Below, one piece after another: positions 8,448-17,467 of a DNA stretch of 64,000 bases. How positions within the stretch are numbered: position 1 is the stretch's first letter; each line of letters opens with the position of its first letter. This stretch comes from an uncultured Gemmatimonadales bacterium. GTDB taxonomy: Bacteria; Gemmatimonadota; Gemmatimonadetes; Longimicrobiales; Longimicrobiaceae. The DNA lies in assembly GCA_963716255.1 (NCBI GenBank), contig OY970303.1, forward strand, positions 8,359,712 through 8,423,711, written 5' to 3'. The position numbers were made by a program, and so were the translations under genes. A model generated the notes under the pieces. The model was not told the origin of the DNA and did not search any database. It saw only the letters and a program-made list of their open reading frames with translations.

Positions 8448-9346
8448 AGCTCGATCTCGGCGTGGAAGACCACAATCGCCTCGCCCGCGACCCGCACCCT
8501 GGTCGGCCTGCCCCCGTCGATGTCCACCATCACCTCCACCGTGCCCGGGCGTCCCGCCGCGACGCCCTGCCGTGCCCGGAAGCGCAGCCGCCGCCCGTCG
8601 TGGGGCACCCGGGCGTGACGGACCAGGAGCGCTCCCAGCGGCCCGTTGGCGTTCCCCGTCACCGGGTCCTCCGGGATCCCGATGGCCGGGGCGAACATCC
8701 GCCCGTGCGCCAGCACTCCCGGGTCGGGGGAGTCCAGCGTGAACACGTGGTAGCCGTTGAAGCCGATGCGGCCGCTCAGCTCGGCCAGCGCCGCCAGGTC
8801 CGGCCGCAGCGCGTCCAGCCTCCCCAGCGCCCGGATCCCCACCATCACCTTGGCGTGCCCGGTCGAGACCACCTGCACCGGGAGCGCGGGGTCCAGGTCG
8901 TCCTCCCGGAGCCCCAGCGCCGCCAGGAGGGTGTCCCGCTCTTCCCCGGCCAGCACCGGACCGAGCTCGACCTCCCCCTGCGTCATCACGATCCGGTAGT
9001 CGTCCTGCTCGCGGACCACCTCCACCGGGAGGATCCCCGCGCCCGTCCGCTGCCGGACGACGGTGCCGCCGAGCCCCATCTCGCGCGCCCGGACGTAGTG
9101 CGCGGAGATCGTGGCGTGGCCGCAGATGGGCACTTCCGTGGTCGGCGTGAAGAAGCGGATCCACACGTCGTGGTCGCTCCCGGTGGGGGACAGGACGAAC
9201 GCCGTCTCCGAGTTGTTGAGCTCGCGGGCGATCTCCTGCATCTGTCCCTCCGAGAGACCGTCCGCGTTCGCGACCACGCCCGCGGGGTTCCCCCGGAACC
9301 GTTCGCGGGTGAAGGCGTCGACCTGGAAGATCCGGTACCGCTTCAT
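8444..9346 (-). CDS. PhzF-family isomerase/epimerase
   Basis: QVDAFT--F-GNPAGVV, NNSETAF, RFFTPTTEVPICGHAT, EDPVTGNANG; ATG at 9346 after GGAGAGG. Confidence 0.92.
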   Translation of the reverse strand: MKRYRIFQVDAFTRERFRGNPAGVVANADGLSEGQMQEIARELNNSETAFVLSPTGSDHDVWIRFFTPTTEVPICGHATISAHYVRAREMGLGGTVVRQRTGAGILPVEVVREQDDYRIVMTQGEVELGPVLAGEERDTLLAALGLREDDLDPALPVQVVSTGHAKVMVGIRALGRLDALRPDLAALAELSGRIGFNGYHVFTLDSPDPGVLAHGRMFAPAIGIPEDPVTGNANGPLGALLVRHARVPHDGRRLRFRARQGVAAGRPGTVEVMVDIDGGRPTRVRVAGEAIVVFHAEIEL

Positions 9347-9387
9347 GCCTCTCCTCCCCCTGCCCCACGCCTGCCCACGGTCCGGCG

Positions 9388-10833
9388 CTACGCCTGCTCC
9401 GGGAACGTTTCCAGCATCTGCTTGACGCGGGCCAGGAACTGGTCCCCGTCGGCCCCGTTGACCAGCCGGTGGTCGTAGCCCAGCGAGATGTACCCCCGCT
9501 TGCGGGCCACGATGGCGTGGTTCCCGTACTCGTCCGAGATCACGGCCGGCCGCATCTCCACCCCGCCGACGCCCATGATCGCCACCTGCGGCTGGTTGAT
9601 GATGGGGAAGCCGATGGTGGTGCCGAAGATGCCGGGGTTGGTGATGGTGAAGGTGCCCCCCTGGATCTCGTCCGGCGACAGCTTCTTGCTCCGGGCCCGC
9701 GTGGCGATGTCGTTCAGGCGCTTCGCCATCCCCACCAGCGACAGCTCGTCCGCGCCCCGGATCACCGGCACGATCAGCCCGTTGTCCAGCGCCACCGCGA
9801 TCCCCAGGTTGACCTCGGCGCGGAGGATGACCTCGTGGTTGGAGTACGAGGCGTTGAGCTTGGGGTGCTCGCGCAGCGCCCGGGCGACCGCCCACGCGAT
9901 GAAATGCGTGTAGGTGACCTTGACTCCCTGCTCCTCCCACAGCCGCTTGCTCTTTGCGCGGATGTGGTCCAGCCGGGTGTAGTCCACCTCGAAGTACGAG
10001 TGCACGTGCGGCGAGATGCGCCGCGACTGCACCATGTTGTTGGCGATGATCTGCGTCATCCGGCTGGCCGGCTCGACGCGGTCGCCCGGCCCCGCCTGCA
10101 CCGTGGGGTGCTGCGGCGCGCCGAAGAACTCGTCCCAGGGGAAACCGCCCTCGTACGACGGTGCCGCCTGCGGCCGCGGAGCCGCGGGACGCTGCGCGGG
10201 GGCTCCGGACGGGGCGCCCTGCGGCTGCGCGGCGGGCGCCTTCGGGCCCTCCTGCACGTGCCGCAGGATGTCCTCCTTGGTCACCCGGCCGCCGCGGCCG
10301 GTCCCCTGCACCGCCGCCACCTCCACCCCGTGCTCCGCCGCGATCTTGCGCACCAGCGGCGTGGAGCGGGTGCGGAGCCGCTCCTCCAGCGACTGCGGTC
10401 CGCCGTCCTCCGAAGCCGCCGGGGACGCCGCCGCGGCGGCGGGCTCCTCGCGCGGGGTGCCCTGCGCGGGAGGGCGCGCCTCGCCCTGCCCGGCGGCCGC
10501 CTCGGGAAGCGCGGTGGGCCGCTCGCCCGGCACGCCCGCCGCGGGCTCGGCCGGGGCCGGCGCGGGAGCGGCGGCCGCGGCGGCGGCGCCCGCCTCGGTC
10601 TCGATGTAGGCGACCACGGTCCCCACCTCCACCGTCTGCCCCTCGACCACCACCACCTCCACCAGGGTGCCGGCGGCGGGCGAGGGGATCTCGGCGTCCA
10701 CCTTGTCGGTGGAGATCTCCATGATCGGCTCGTCACGCTCGACGCGGTCGCCCACCTTCTTCAGCCAGACGGAGACGGTTCCCTCGGCGATGGACTCCCC
10801 CATCTGGGGCATCGGCACTTCTATACGGGCCAT
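9388..10833 (-). CDS. 2-oxoacid dehydrogenase E2 (dihydrolipoamide acyltransferase)
   Basis: Lipoyl domain STDKVDAE, E3-binding GTGRGGRVTKED, GGTFTITN, YDHRLVNG. Confidence 0.95.
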   Translation of the reverse strand: MARIEVPMPQMGESIAEGTVSVWLKKVGDRVERDEPIMEISTDKVDAEIPSPAAGTLVEVVVVEGQTVEVGTVVAYIETEAGAAAAAAAPAPAPAEPAAGVPGERPTALPEAAAGQGEARPPAQGTPREEPAAAAASPAASEDGGPQSLEERLRTRSTPLVRKIAAEHGVEVAAVQGTGRGGRVTKEDILRHVQEGPKAPAAQPQGAPSGAPAQRPAAPRPQAAPSYEGGFPWDEFFGAPQHPTVQAGPGDRVEPASRMTQIIANNMVQSRRISPHVHSYFEVDYTRLDHIRAKSKRLWEEQGVKVTYTHFIAWAVARALREHPKLNASYSNHEVILRAEVNLGIAVALDNGLIVPVIRGADELSLVGMAKRLNDIATRARSKKLSPDEIQGGTFTITNPGIFGTTIGFPIINQPQVAIMGVGGVEMRPAVISDEYGNHAIVARKRGYISLGYDHRLVNGADGDQFLARVKQMLETFPEQA

Positions 10834-10871
10834 GAGAGGATCAGCGGGTCAGGGTTTCCGGAAGTCGGATT

Positions 10872-11906
10872 TCAGTAGGCCGCCAGGTGCCGCGCGGCCT
10901 TGACGATGTCCTCGGTCTGCGGGAGGAAGTAGTCCTCCAGCGGCGGCGAGTAGGGAACCGGCGCGTCCAGCGCGGTCACGCGCAGGATGGGCGCGTCCAG
11001 CCACTCGAACGCCTTCTCGTTCACGCGCATGGCGATTTCGCCCGCGATGCCGCCGGTGCGGGTGTCCTCGTGCACGATCAGCAGCCGGCTGGTCTTCTTC
11101 ACGCTCGCCAGGATGGCGTCCTCGTCCAGCGGGAGCAGGGTGCGCAGGTCGAGCACCTCCACCGACAGCCCGTCCTCCCTGGCCAGCTGCTCGGCGGTTT
11201 CCAGGCTCTTGTGCACCATGGCCGCGTAGGTGACGATGGTGAGGTCGGTCCCCTCGCGGTGGATGCGCGCCTTGCCCAGCGGGACCACGTAGTCCTCGGC
11301 CGGGAGCACCTCGCGCACCTGGGGGCGGCGGTACAGCCACTTGTGCTCGAAGAAGAGCACCGGGTCGTCGTCGCGCACGGCGGCCTTGAACAGCCCCTTG
11401 GCGTCGTACGCGGTGGCCGGGTAGACGATCTTGAGCCCCGGGGTGTGGAAGAACGCCATCTCCGGGTTCTGCGAGTGGAACGGTCCGCCGCGCACGCCGC
11501 CCCCGGAGGGGCCGCGGATCACCATGGGCACGCCGCCCGACCCGCGGTAGCGCGAGGTGGCGATGTAGTTGGTGATCATGTCGTACGCGCAGGAGATGAA
11601 GTCGATGAACTGCATCTCCACGATGGGGCGCATCCCCATGTGCGCCGCTCCGGCGGCGGCCCCGGTGAAGCCGATCTCGGAGATGGGGGTGTCCAGCACG
11701 CGCAGCGCGCCGAACCGCTCCTGCATCCCCTCGGTCACCTTGAAGGCGCCGCCGTAGGCGCCGATGTCCTCCCCCATGAGGAAGACGCGCTCGTCGCGCT
11801 CCATCTCCTCCCAGATCGCCTCCCGGATGGCCTCCAGGAAGGTGACGGGCTTGCCTTCCGAGCTCTGCCGGACGTGCTCGGGCTTCGACTTGGTCGCGGT
11901 CGCCAT
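10872..11906 (-). CDS. 2-oxoacid dehydrogenase E1 beta subunit
   Basis: GEDIG-YGGAFKVT, DTPISE, EMQFIDF, GGPFHSQ, DLRTLLPLD; ATG at 11906 (track ORF over-extended). Confidence 0.95.
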   Translation of the reverse strand: MATATKSKPEHVRQSSEGKPVTFLEAIREAIWEEMERDERVFLMGEDIGAYGGAFKVTEGMQERFGALRVLDTPISEIGFTGAAAGAAHMGMRPIVEMQFIDFISCAYDMITNYIATSRYRGSGGVPMVIRGPSGGGVRGGPFHSQNPEMAFFHTPGLKIVYPATAYDAKGLFKAAVRDDDPVLFFEHKWLYRRPQVREVLPAEDYVVPLGKARIHREGTDLTIVTYAAMVHKSLETAEQLAREDGLSVEVLDLRTLLPLDEDAILASVKKTSRLLIVHEDTRTGGIAGEIAMRVNEKAFEWLDAPILRVTALDAPVPYSPPLEDYFLPQTEDIVKAARHLAAY

Positions 11907-11914
11907 GCTCCTGC

Positions 11915-12988
11915 TCAGGCCTGGGTGGGGTCGGGGGGCGTGTGGCGCGTCCACGGGGCGTTCACCCGCACCCCGGCGTACACGTCGTCCAGGGTCTCCT
12001 CCGGCTCCGGGAGGGGCGCGGCGTCGGCCTCGGGGATCATGCTCTCCAGCTCCGCGTCGATCTCCGCGTCGATCCCGGCGAGCTCCCGGGTGGAGGCCCA
12101 TCCGCTTCCCGTTATCGCGGCGGCGAACCGGTCGATGGGGTCGTTGGTGGCGGCCCAGCGCTCGATCTCCGCCGGGTCCACGTACGACTGGTTGTCGTGC
12201 TGGGCGTGGCCGCGGCGGCGGTAGGTGACCACCTCCAGCAGCGTCACGCCCTCGCCGGCGCGGGCCCGGTCCACGGCGCGACGGGCGGCGCCGTACACCG
12301 CCAGCATGTCGTTGCCGTCCACCTGCTCGGCGGCGATCCCGTAGCCGGGCGCCTTGTCCACGAAGCTCGTGGCGGCGGTCTGCAGGCGGGTGGGCGTGGT
12401 GTACGCCCAGCCGTTGCTCTCCACCACCACCACCAGCGGACAGCGCTGCACGGCGGCGAAGTTGATCCCCTCGTGGAAGGCGCCGGTGGAGGTGGCGCCG
12501 TCGCCGATGTACACCATCCCCACCCGATCTTCCCGGCGCTGCCGGAAGGTCAGAGTCACCCCCGCCATCACCGGGATCAGGTCGCCCAGCGGGGAGATCT
12601 GCCCGATGAAGCCGCGCCGGTAGTCGGTGAAGTGGATGTTGAGCTCCTTGCCGCGCGCGGGGGCGTCGCCCTTGGCCATGTACTGACGCAGCACCTCCTC
12701 CGGGCGGGCGCCCATCACCAGCATGGAGCCCAGGTTGCGGATCAGCGGCGAAAGCATGTCGCCGGTGCCGTCGTCGCGGCGGCGGAGCGCGTACGCGCTC
12801 GCCACCGACTCGCCCTCCTGCCCGAGCGAGCGGAAGAGTCCGCCGACCACCTTGCTCTGCCGGAAGAGCGTTTCGAGCTTCTCCTCCAGCGTCCGCGTCA
12901 GGCGGACGTAGCGGTACATCTCCAGGAGCTGTTCCCGCGTAAGCCCGTGGGGGATCGCCGCGGGAGGGGCCTGCTTCGGTCTCGCCAT
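11915..12988 (-). CDS. 2-oxoacid dehydrogenase E1 alpha subunit (TPP-dependent)
   Basis: GDGATSTG...FHEGINFAA...ESN TPP motif; YRRRGHAQHD. Confidence 0.93.
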   Translation of the reverse strand: MARPKQAPPAAIPHGLTREQLLEMYRYVRLTRTLEEKLETLFRQSKVVGGLFRSLGQEGESVASAYALRRRDDGTGDMLSPLIRNLGSMLVMGARPEEVLRQYMAKGDAPARGKELNIHFTDYRRGFIGQISPLGDLIPVMAGVTLTFRQRREDRVGMVYIGDGATSTGAFHEGINFAAVQRCPLVVVVESNGWAYTTPTRLQTAATSFVDKAPGYGIAAEQVDGNDMLAVYGAARRAVDRARAGEGVTLLEVVTYRRRGHAQHDNQSYVDPAEIERWAATNDPIDRFAAAITGSGWASTRELAGIDAEIDAELESMIPEADAAPLPEPEETLDDVYAGVRVNAPWTRHTPPDPTQA

Positions 12989-13047
12989 GTACCCGGTTCC
13001 GGATGCCGTTGCGCCGCCCGGTCGTTCCCGGGGACGGATCGGCGGAC

Positions 13048-13076
13048 AACTTGCCACCCCCGGCGCCCCCCGTCAA
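13048..13076 (-). promoter_or_regulatory. Possible sigma70 promoter of the dehydrogenase operon
   Basis: TTGACG-N17-CAAGTT; -10 resembles the TAAGTT of the tRNA promoter. Confidence 0.4.
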
Positions 13077-13150
13077 GCAAAACCGGGAGCGGCGCTCACC
13101 CCGCGCCGCTCCCGGCCCGCGTCCGCCGCCGCGAGGCGGACGCCCCCCCG

Positions 13151-15076
13151 CTACCGCCCCTGCTTCGCCCTCGTCTGCGGCGCGGCCCGCGCCGCGGCCA
13201 CCGTGCGCGGGATGGGCGTGAGCGGGGCGGGATAGGTGTCGTACTGGCTCCACGTCAGCCGCTGCGACTGCCACCGCTCGATCAGCGTCGGCCGGGGGTC
13301 GAAGGGGAGGCCGTGCTTCTTGTTCAGGTAGAAGTTGATCGACTTGGTGGCCACCGGCCCCACGTCGCTGCCGTGCAGCCCGTGCTCGATGATGGTGGCC
13401 ACCACGATCTCCGGGTGCCCCCCCGGAGGCCCGGAGAAGCCGACGAACCAGCCGTGGTCGGGGCCGCCGGGGTTCTGGGCGGTCCCCGTCTTCCCGTACA
13501 CCTTCCACCGGGGAATCGAGGAAAGGACCGCCGTGCCGGTGGGCGAGGTCACCAGCTCCAGCCCGCCCCAGAGCGCCTTGAGCCCCTGCTCGTCGAGCCC
13601 CAGGTCGATCTCGCTGGGCCCGCTGCCCGCCCCGGGGCGCGTCACCAGGTGAGGCTCGGGCGCGGTGCCGTTCCCGGCGATGGCGGAGTAGAAGTGCGCC
13701 ATGTTGAGCACCGTCTGCGAGTTCGGCCCCTGCCCGATGGCGAGGCTCATCACCTCGGAGGGCGTGGGCGTGTGGCCGAACCGCTCCCGGTACCACGGGA
13801 TCCCGGTGGGGAAGCGCGGCTTCGCCTCGCCCGGCAGGTCGATCCCCGAGCGGCTGGCGAAGCCCATCCGCGTCCCCTCGGCGGTCAGCTTGGCGAGCCC
13901 CAGCCGGATCCCCACCTGGTAGAAGTACACGTTGCACGACTTCTCGATCGCCCCGGCCAGGTCCAGCGAGCCGTGGCCGCCGCGGTCCCAGCAGCGGGAG
14001 TAGCGCCCCGCGTACGCCATGCCGCCGGTGCAGGCGATGGGCATGCGCGTGCCCTCCTTGAGCATCCCGGCCCGCACGCCCGCCGCCGCGGTCGCCAGCT
14101 TCCAGGTGGAGGCCGGCGGGTACAGGGCGGTGATGGTGCGGTCCAGGAGCGGCTTGGACGGGTCCGACTGGAGCGCCTTCCAGAGCGAGGTCTTGATCCC
14201 GCCCACGAACTCGTTGGGATCCACCGTGGGGTGGCTGTACATCGCCAGGATCTCGCCGGTGGAGGGCACCATGGCGACCACCGCCCCCTTCATGCTGTCC
14301 GGGAAGATCTGGTGGATGTAGTTCTGCAGGTCGAGGTCCAGGGTGAGCCTGAGGTTCTCGCCGGGCTCGGGCGCCAGCGCCCCCACCGAGGAGCGCGGGT
14401 CCACCACGCGGCCCATGGCGTCCACCTCCACGAAGCGCGCGCCGTCGCGGCCTCCCAGCTCCTTCTCGTACTCCTTCTCGATCCCCGCCTTGCCCACCCA
14501 GTTCCCCTGCTCGTAGCCGGCCTCGCGGAACTCCGGCCGGGCGAGCTCTTCCCGGGTGATCTCGCCCACGTACCCCGCGATGTGCCCGATGGCGGGCCCG
14601 GCCGGGTAGTAGCGCATGGGGCGCTCGACGATCATCAGGTTGGGAAACGCCGCCCGCCGCTCCTCGATGGCCGCCACCTGGGGGAAGGTGGCCCGCTGGG
14701 TGATCTCCAGCAGGTCGTTGGGGCGCCCGTTGCGCTTGGTCATCAGCGCGTCCACGTCCTGGGCCGACAGCCCCAGGAACGGCATCAGGTCGCCCAGCGT
14801 TTCCCGGATCGTCTCCTCCGACGCCGGGAGGAGCGACACCGAGTAGCCGGTGATGCTGGTGGCCACCACCTCGCCGCCCCGGTCGTAGATGGTGCCGCGG
14901 GGGGCGGGGATCTTGATGGGGCGGAGCCGGTTCTCCTCGGAGCGGGCCGCGTACTGCTTGCCGCTCAGCACCTGCGTCTGGAAGAACGCGGTCATGAGCG
15001 TGCTGATCACCAGGGTGATCATGAACACCGCGCCCAGCGTCCTGCGCTGCCGGGGATCGGGCTGGAAAAGCTTCAT
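13151..15076 (-). CDS. mrdA: Penicillin-binding protein 2 (class B PBP)
   Basis: N-terminal TM, APRGTIYDR, RYYP, GKAGIEKEYE, SxxK (STWK), SCN, KTGTAQ. Confidence 0.92.
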   Translation of the reverse strand: MKLFQPDPRQRRTLGAVFMITLVISTLMTAFFQTQVLSGKQYAARSEENRLRPIKIPAPRGTIYDRGGEVVATSITGYSVSLLPASEETIRETLGDLMPFLGLSAQDVDALMTKRNGRPNDLLEITQRATFPQVAAIEERRAAFPNLMIVERPMRYYPAGPAIGHIAGYVGEITREELARPEFREAGYEQGNWVGKAGIEKEYEKELGGRDGARFVEVDAMGRVVDPRSSVGALAPEPGENLRLTLDLDLQNYIHQIFPDSMKGAVVAMVPSTGEILAMYSHPTVDPNEFVGGIKTSLWKALQSDPSKPLLDRTITALYPPASTWKLATAAAGVRAGMLKEGTRMPIACTGGMAYAGRYSRCWDRGGHGSLDLAGAIEKSCNVYFYQVGIRLGLAKLTAEGTRMGFASRSGIDLPGEAKPRFPTGIPWYRERFGHTPTPSEVMSLAIGQGPNSQTVLNMAHFYSAIAGNGTAPEPHLVTRPGAGSGPSEIDLGLDEQGLKALWGGLELVTSPTGTAVLSSIPRWKVYGKTGTAQNPGGPDHGWFVGFSGPPGGHPEIVVATIIEHGLHGSDVGPVATKSINFYLNKKHGLPFDPRPTLIERWQSQRLTWSQYDTYPAPLTPIPRTVAAARAAPQTRAKQGR

Positions 15077-15089
15077 GGTGCCATCGGTT

Positions 15090-16037
15090 TCACGGTGTGC
15101 GCCTCCCGCCCGGCCGCCCCGGCGGGTGGTCCGGGGTCCGGCGGAAGGGCCGTCCCATCCCCTGTTCTACGTCGCGGCGAAGGGCGGGTTCCCCCGCCTC
15201 CAGCCGTCCCGCGAGCGCGTCGTGCCACTCCGCCACGCGGCGCCGCAGCCGGTCCACGAGCGCCGCGGCCCGGCGCGCTCCGCCCGGCGGCGCCCCCACC
15301 GGGGCCTCGTCGTCGCGCCCCGCGGGCCCGTACGACTCCGCCGCCCAGCAAAAGACCGGCGCGAAGCCCGGCGGGATCCCCCCGGCGGTGCCGCGGCGGG
15401 CCAGGAAGCGCCGCACGGCGTCGCCGCGGCGCGGGCGCGTCTCGCCCGCCAGCAGGAGCCCCGCGGTGCAGAGCCTCACTAGGTCGTCGCGCATGCGCTT
15501 CCACGCTGCGCCGTGCTCCCCCGCGAGCAGGTGCCCGGAAGCTTCCTCGCCGCCCTCGCGCACGCGCGCGAGCAGCGCCTCGGTGCAGCAGAGCGCGTCC
15601 GCCGGGGTGAACGGCAGCGGCAGCGGCGGCGCGCCCGGCGGCCAGAGCGGGATCCCGTCGTCCAGCGCGTCCACCAGCATGGGCGTGCGGTTTCCGGGCT
15701 CCAGGTCCACCCGCGACACCGACCACACCGTCACCGGCACCGCCGTGTCCGCCGCCACCCGCTCCGCGAGCGCCTCCGCCATCCCCGCCTGCGGCTCGCG
15801 GTCCGGCGGGAGCCGCCAAAAGACCAGGAGCACGTCCACGTCGGAGTCGGGGCGGGCCTCGCCGCGCGCCTTGGAGCCGAACACGAAGGCCCGGGCCAGC
15901 TCGGCCGGCACCGCTGCCCGGACGCGGCGCACCAGCTCCAGCGCCGCTGCCCGCTCCCGCGGCCGCAGCACGGCGAACCGCGACGGCCCGCCGCGCCGCG
16001 CATCGTCTCCGCTTCCCCCGCCTCGCCTCGTGCGCAT
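15090..16037 (-). CDS. Minimal nucleotidyltransferase (Pol-beta fold) fused to a probable HEPN-like helical domain
   Basis: VFGSKARGEARPDSDVDVLLV MNT motif followed by a helical C-terminal half; start uncertain (16037 or 16055). Confidence 0.7.
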   Translation of the reverse strand: MRTRRGGGSGDDARRGGPSRFAVLRPRERAAALELVRRVRAAVPAELARAFVFGSKARGEARPDSDVDVLLVFWRLPPDREPQAGMAEALAERVAADTAVPVTVWSVSRVDLEPGNRTPMLVDALDDGIPLWPPGAPPLPLPFTPADALCCTEALLARVREGGEEASGHLLAGEHGAAWKRMRDDLVRLCTAGLLLAGETRPRRGDAVRRFLARRGTAGGIPPGFAPVFCWAAESYGPAGRDDEAPVGAPPGGARRAAALVDRLRRRVAEWHDALAGRLEAGEPALRRDVEQGMGRPFRRTPDHPPGRPGGRRTP

Positions 16038-16093
16038 CGCTGGTGTATCTCGCAAGTCGCGTTCCGGGTGGAACGGACTGATACGACTGATTC

Positions 16094-16229
16094 GGGCGTG
16101 CCCCCGGCGGGCGCCGGGGTCGGGCTGCGGCTCCGTAGGGCTGCAAACAACGCAGCTGGGCGGAGTCGAGCCCCGGCGGAAACAGCCCTGCCGGGTCTCG
16201 CCCCTTCGGGCCGAAATCCCTCACGCGGG
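16094..16229 (+). repeat. Dispersed ~135-nt multi-hairpin element, copy 3
   Basis: Aligns end to end with copies 1 and 2. Confidence 0.9.
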
Positions 16230-16256
16230 GTTCGTGCTGGTGTCCGCGAGGGCGGG

Positions 16257-16309
16257 CCCCCTCACCCCCCGGCCCCCTCTCCCCCGCAAGCGGGGGAGAG
16301 GGGGGAGAA
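16257..16309. repeat. boxC-like pyrimidine/purine palindromic repeat
   Basis: CCCCTCACCCCCCGG followed by perfect hairpin CCCCCTCTCCCCCGC-AA-GCGGGGGAGAGGGGG. Confidence 0.7.
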
Positions 16310-16334
16310 CGGCACGAGTCCCCTTAAGCGGCGA

Positions 16335-16365
16335 ACGGGAGTCCGGCGTGCCGCCGGGCTCCCGT
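16335..16365 (-). terminator. Hairpin downstream of the L,D-transpeptidase gene
   Basis: ACGGGAGTCCGGCG-TGC-CGCCGGGCTCCCGT. Confidence 0.55.
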
Positions 16366-16397
16366 CCCTTCCCGTCTCCTTGCCGGCCGTCGGAGGG

Positions 16398-17180
16398 TCA
16401 GTCCTTGGCCGCCGTGGCGGTGCGCTCCACGCCCAGCGTCTCGGCGATCCCCACCTTGAAGACGCCCCGGGCCTGGCGGGCCTGCGCCACCAGGCCGTTC
16501 ACCGCGGCGCGGTCCAGCCGCGACACATCGTACCCGGCCGCGATCAGCGCCTGGATCACCGCCTCGGTGTGGATGCGGTTGTAGCGGTACACGTCGCGGT
16601 ACACGCGAAGCTCGCCGCCGCGCACCACCACCGGCTGGTAGGTGATCTCCAGCGGGACCGGGCTGCGGAAGGTGGAGTTGCGCGTGGCGCTGGGCCGGGC
16701 CAGGATCCCCCGGATCTCGGAAACGGCCACGGTGGCATTGGCGCGCTGGTGCAGCAGCGTGGCCAGCTCGATCACGTCCGCGTTGCGCATCCGCACGCAC
16801 CCGTGCGACGCCGGCGTCCCCAGGTCCTTCTCGTGCGGGGTGCCGTGCAGGTAGTAGTACGGTGCGAAGAACAGCTTGACGCGCCCCATGGGGTTGTTGG
16901 GCCCCGGGGGCGTCACCTTGTCGTCCTTGGCCCAGTCGCGCGCCGGCGGACGCCACCACGGGTTCCACTCCGCCCGCTGGACGGTGAAGTCACCGGCGGG
17001 GGTGTCGTGCCCGGGAAGCCCGGGAGAGACCGGGTACTCCTTGACCACGCGGTCGCCGTCGTGGACGCGGAGGAGCAGTTCCGGGATGTTGAGGCTCAGG
17101 CGCAGCTCCCCGGCGTCCTGCGCGTGGAGTGGGGCGGCGGCGAGCGCGAGCGCGGCCAGGACGGACCGGAAGATCTTCAT
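16398..17180 (-). CDS. Secreted L,D-transpeptidase (YkuD family)
   Basis: Signal peptide MKIFRSVLAALALAAAPLHA; PPGPNNPMG, YLHGT, ASHGCVRM. Confidence 0.93.
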   Translation of the reverse strand: MKIFRSVLAALALAAAPLHAQDAGELRLSLNIPELLLRVHDGDRVVKEYPVSPGLPGHDTPAGDFTVQRAEWNPWWRPPARDWAKDDKVTPPGPNNPMGRVKLFFAPYYYLHGTPHEKDLGTPASHGCVRMRNADVIELATLLHQRANATVAVSEIRGILARPSATRNSTFRSPVPLEITYQPVVVRGGELRVYRDVYRYNRIHTEAVIQALIAAGYDVSRLDRAAVNGLVAQARQARGVFKVGIAETLGVERTATAAKD

Positions 17181-17467
17181 GCGGCTACGGGTGCGGATGG
17201 CGGGAAGCGGCAACGAGTTGCGCCGGGGCGAAGGGCAATCGCCGTGCCGGCCGCGGCGCCCGGGAAAGATAACGGCAAGCGGGCGCGGGGGGAGCCCCCG
17301 GCGAGGCAGCCCGACGCACGAGAGCCGCGCCGCGGGGGTCGCGGCGCGGCTCTCGCCGTTCATCGGTCAACCAGGGACTCGAGCCCCGGACCTCGCGTGC
17401 GTGGCGCCTGCGCGGACGCCGCCGGCCGCCACCCGCTGCCGTCCACCCCGCGAATCGCCGGCTGCAG

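Noticed and set aside
9440..9480. DHRLVNG instead of DHRxxDG in E2
   Set aside because: Asn at this position is a known variant in active E2 enzymes
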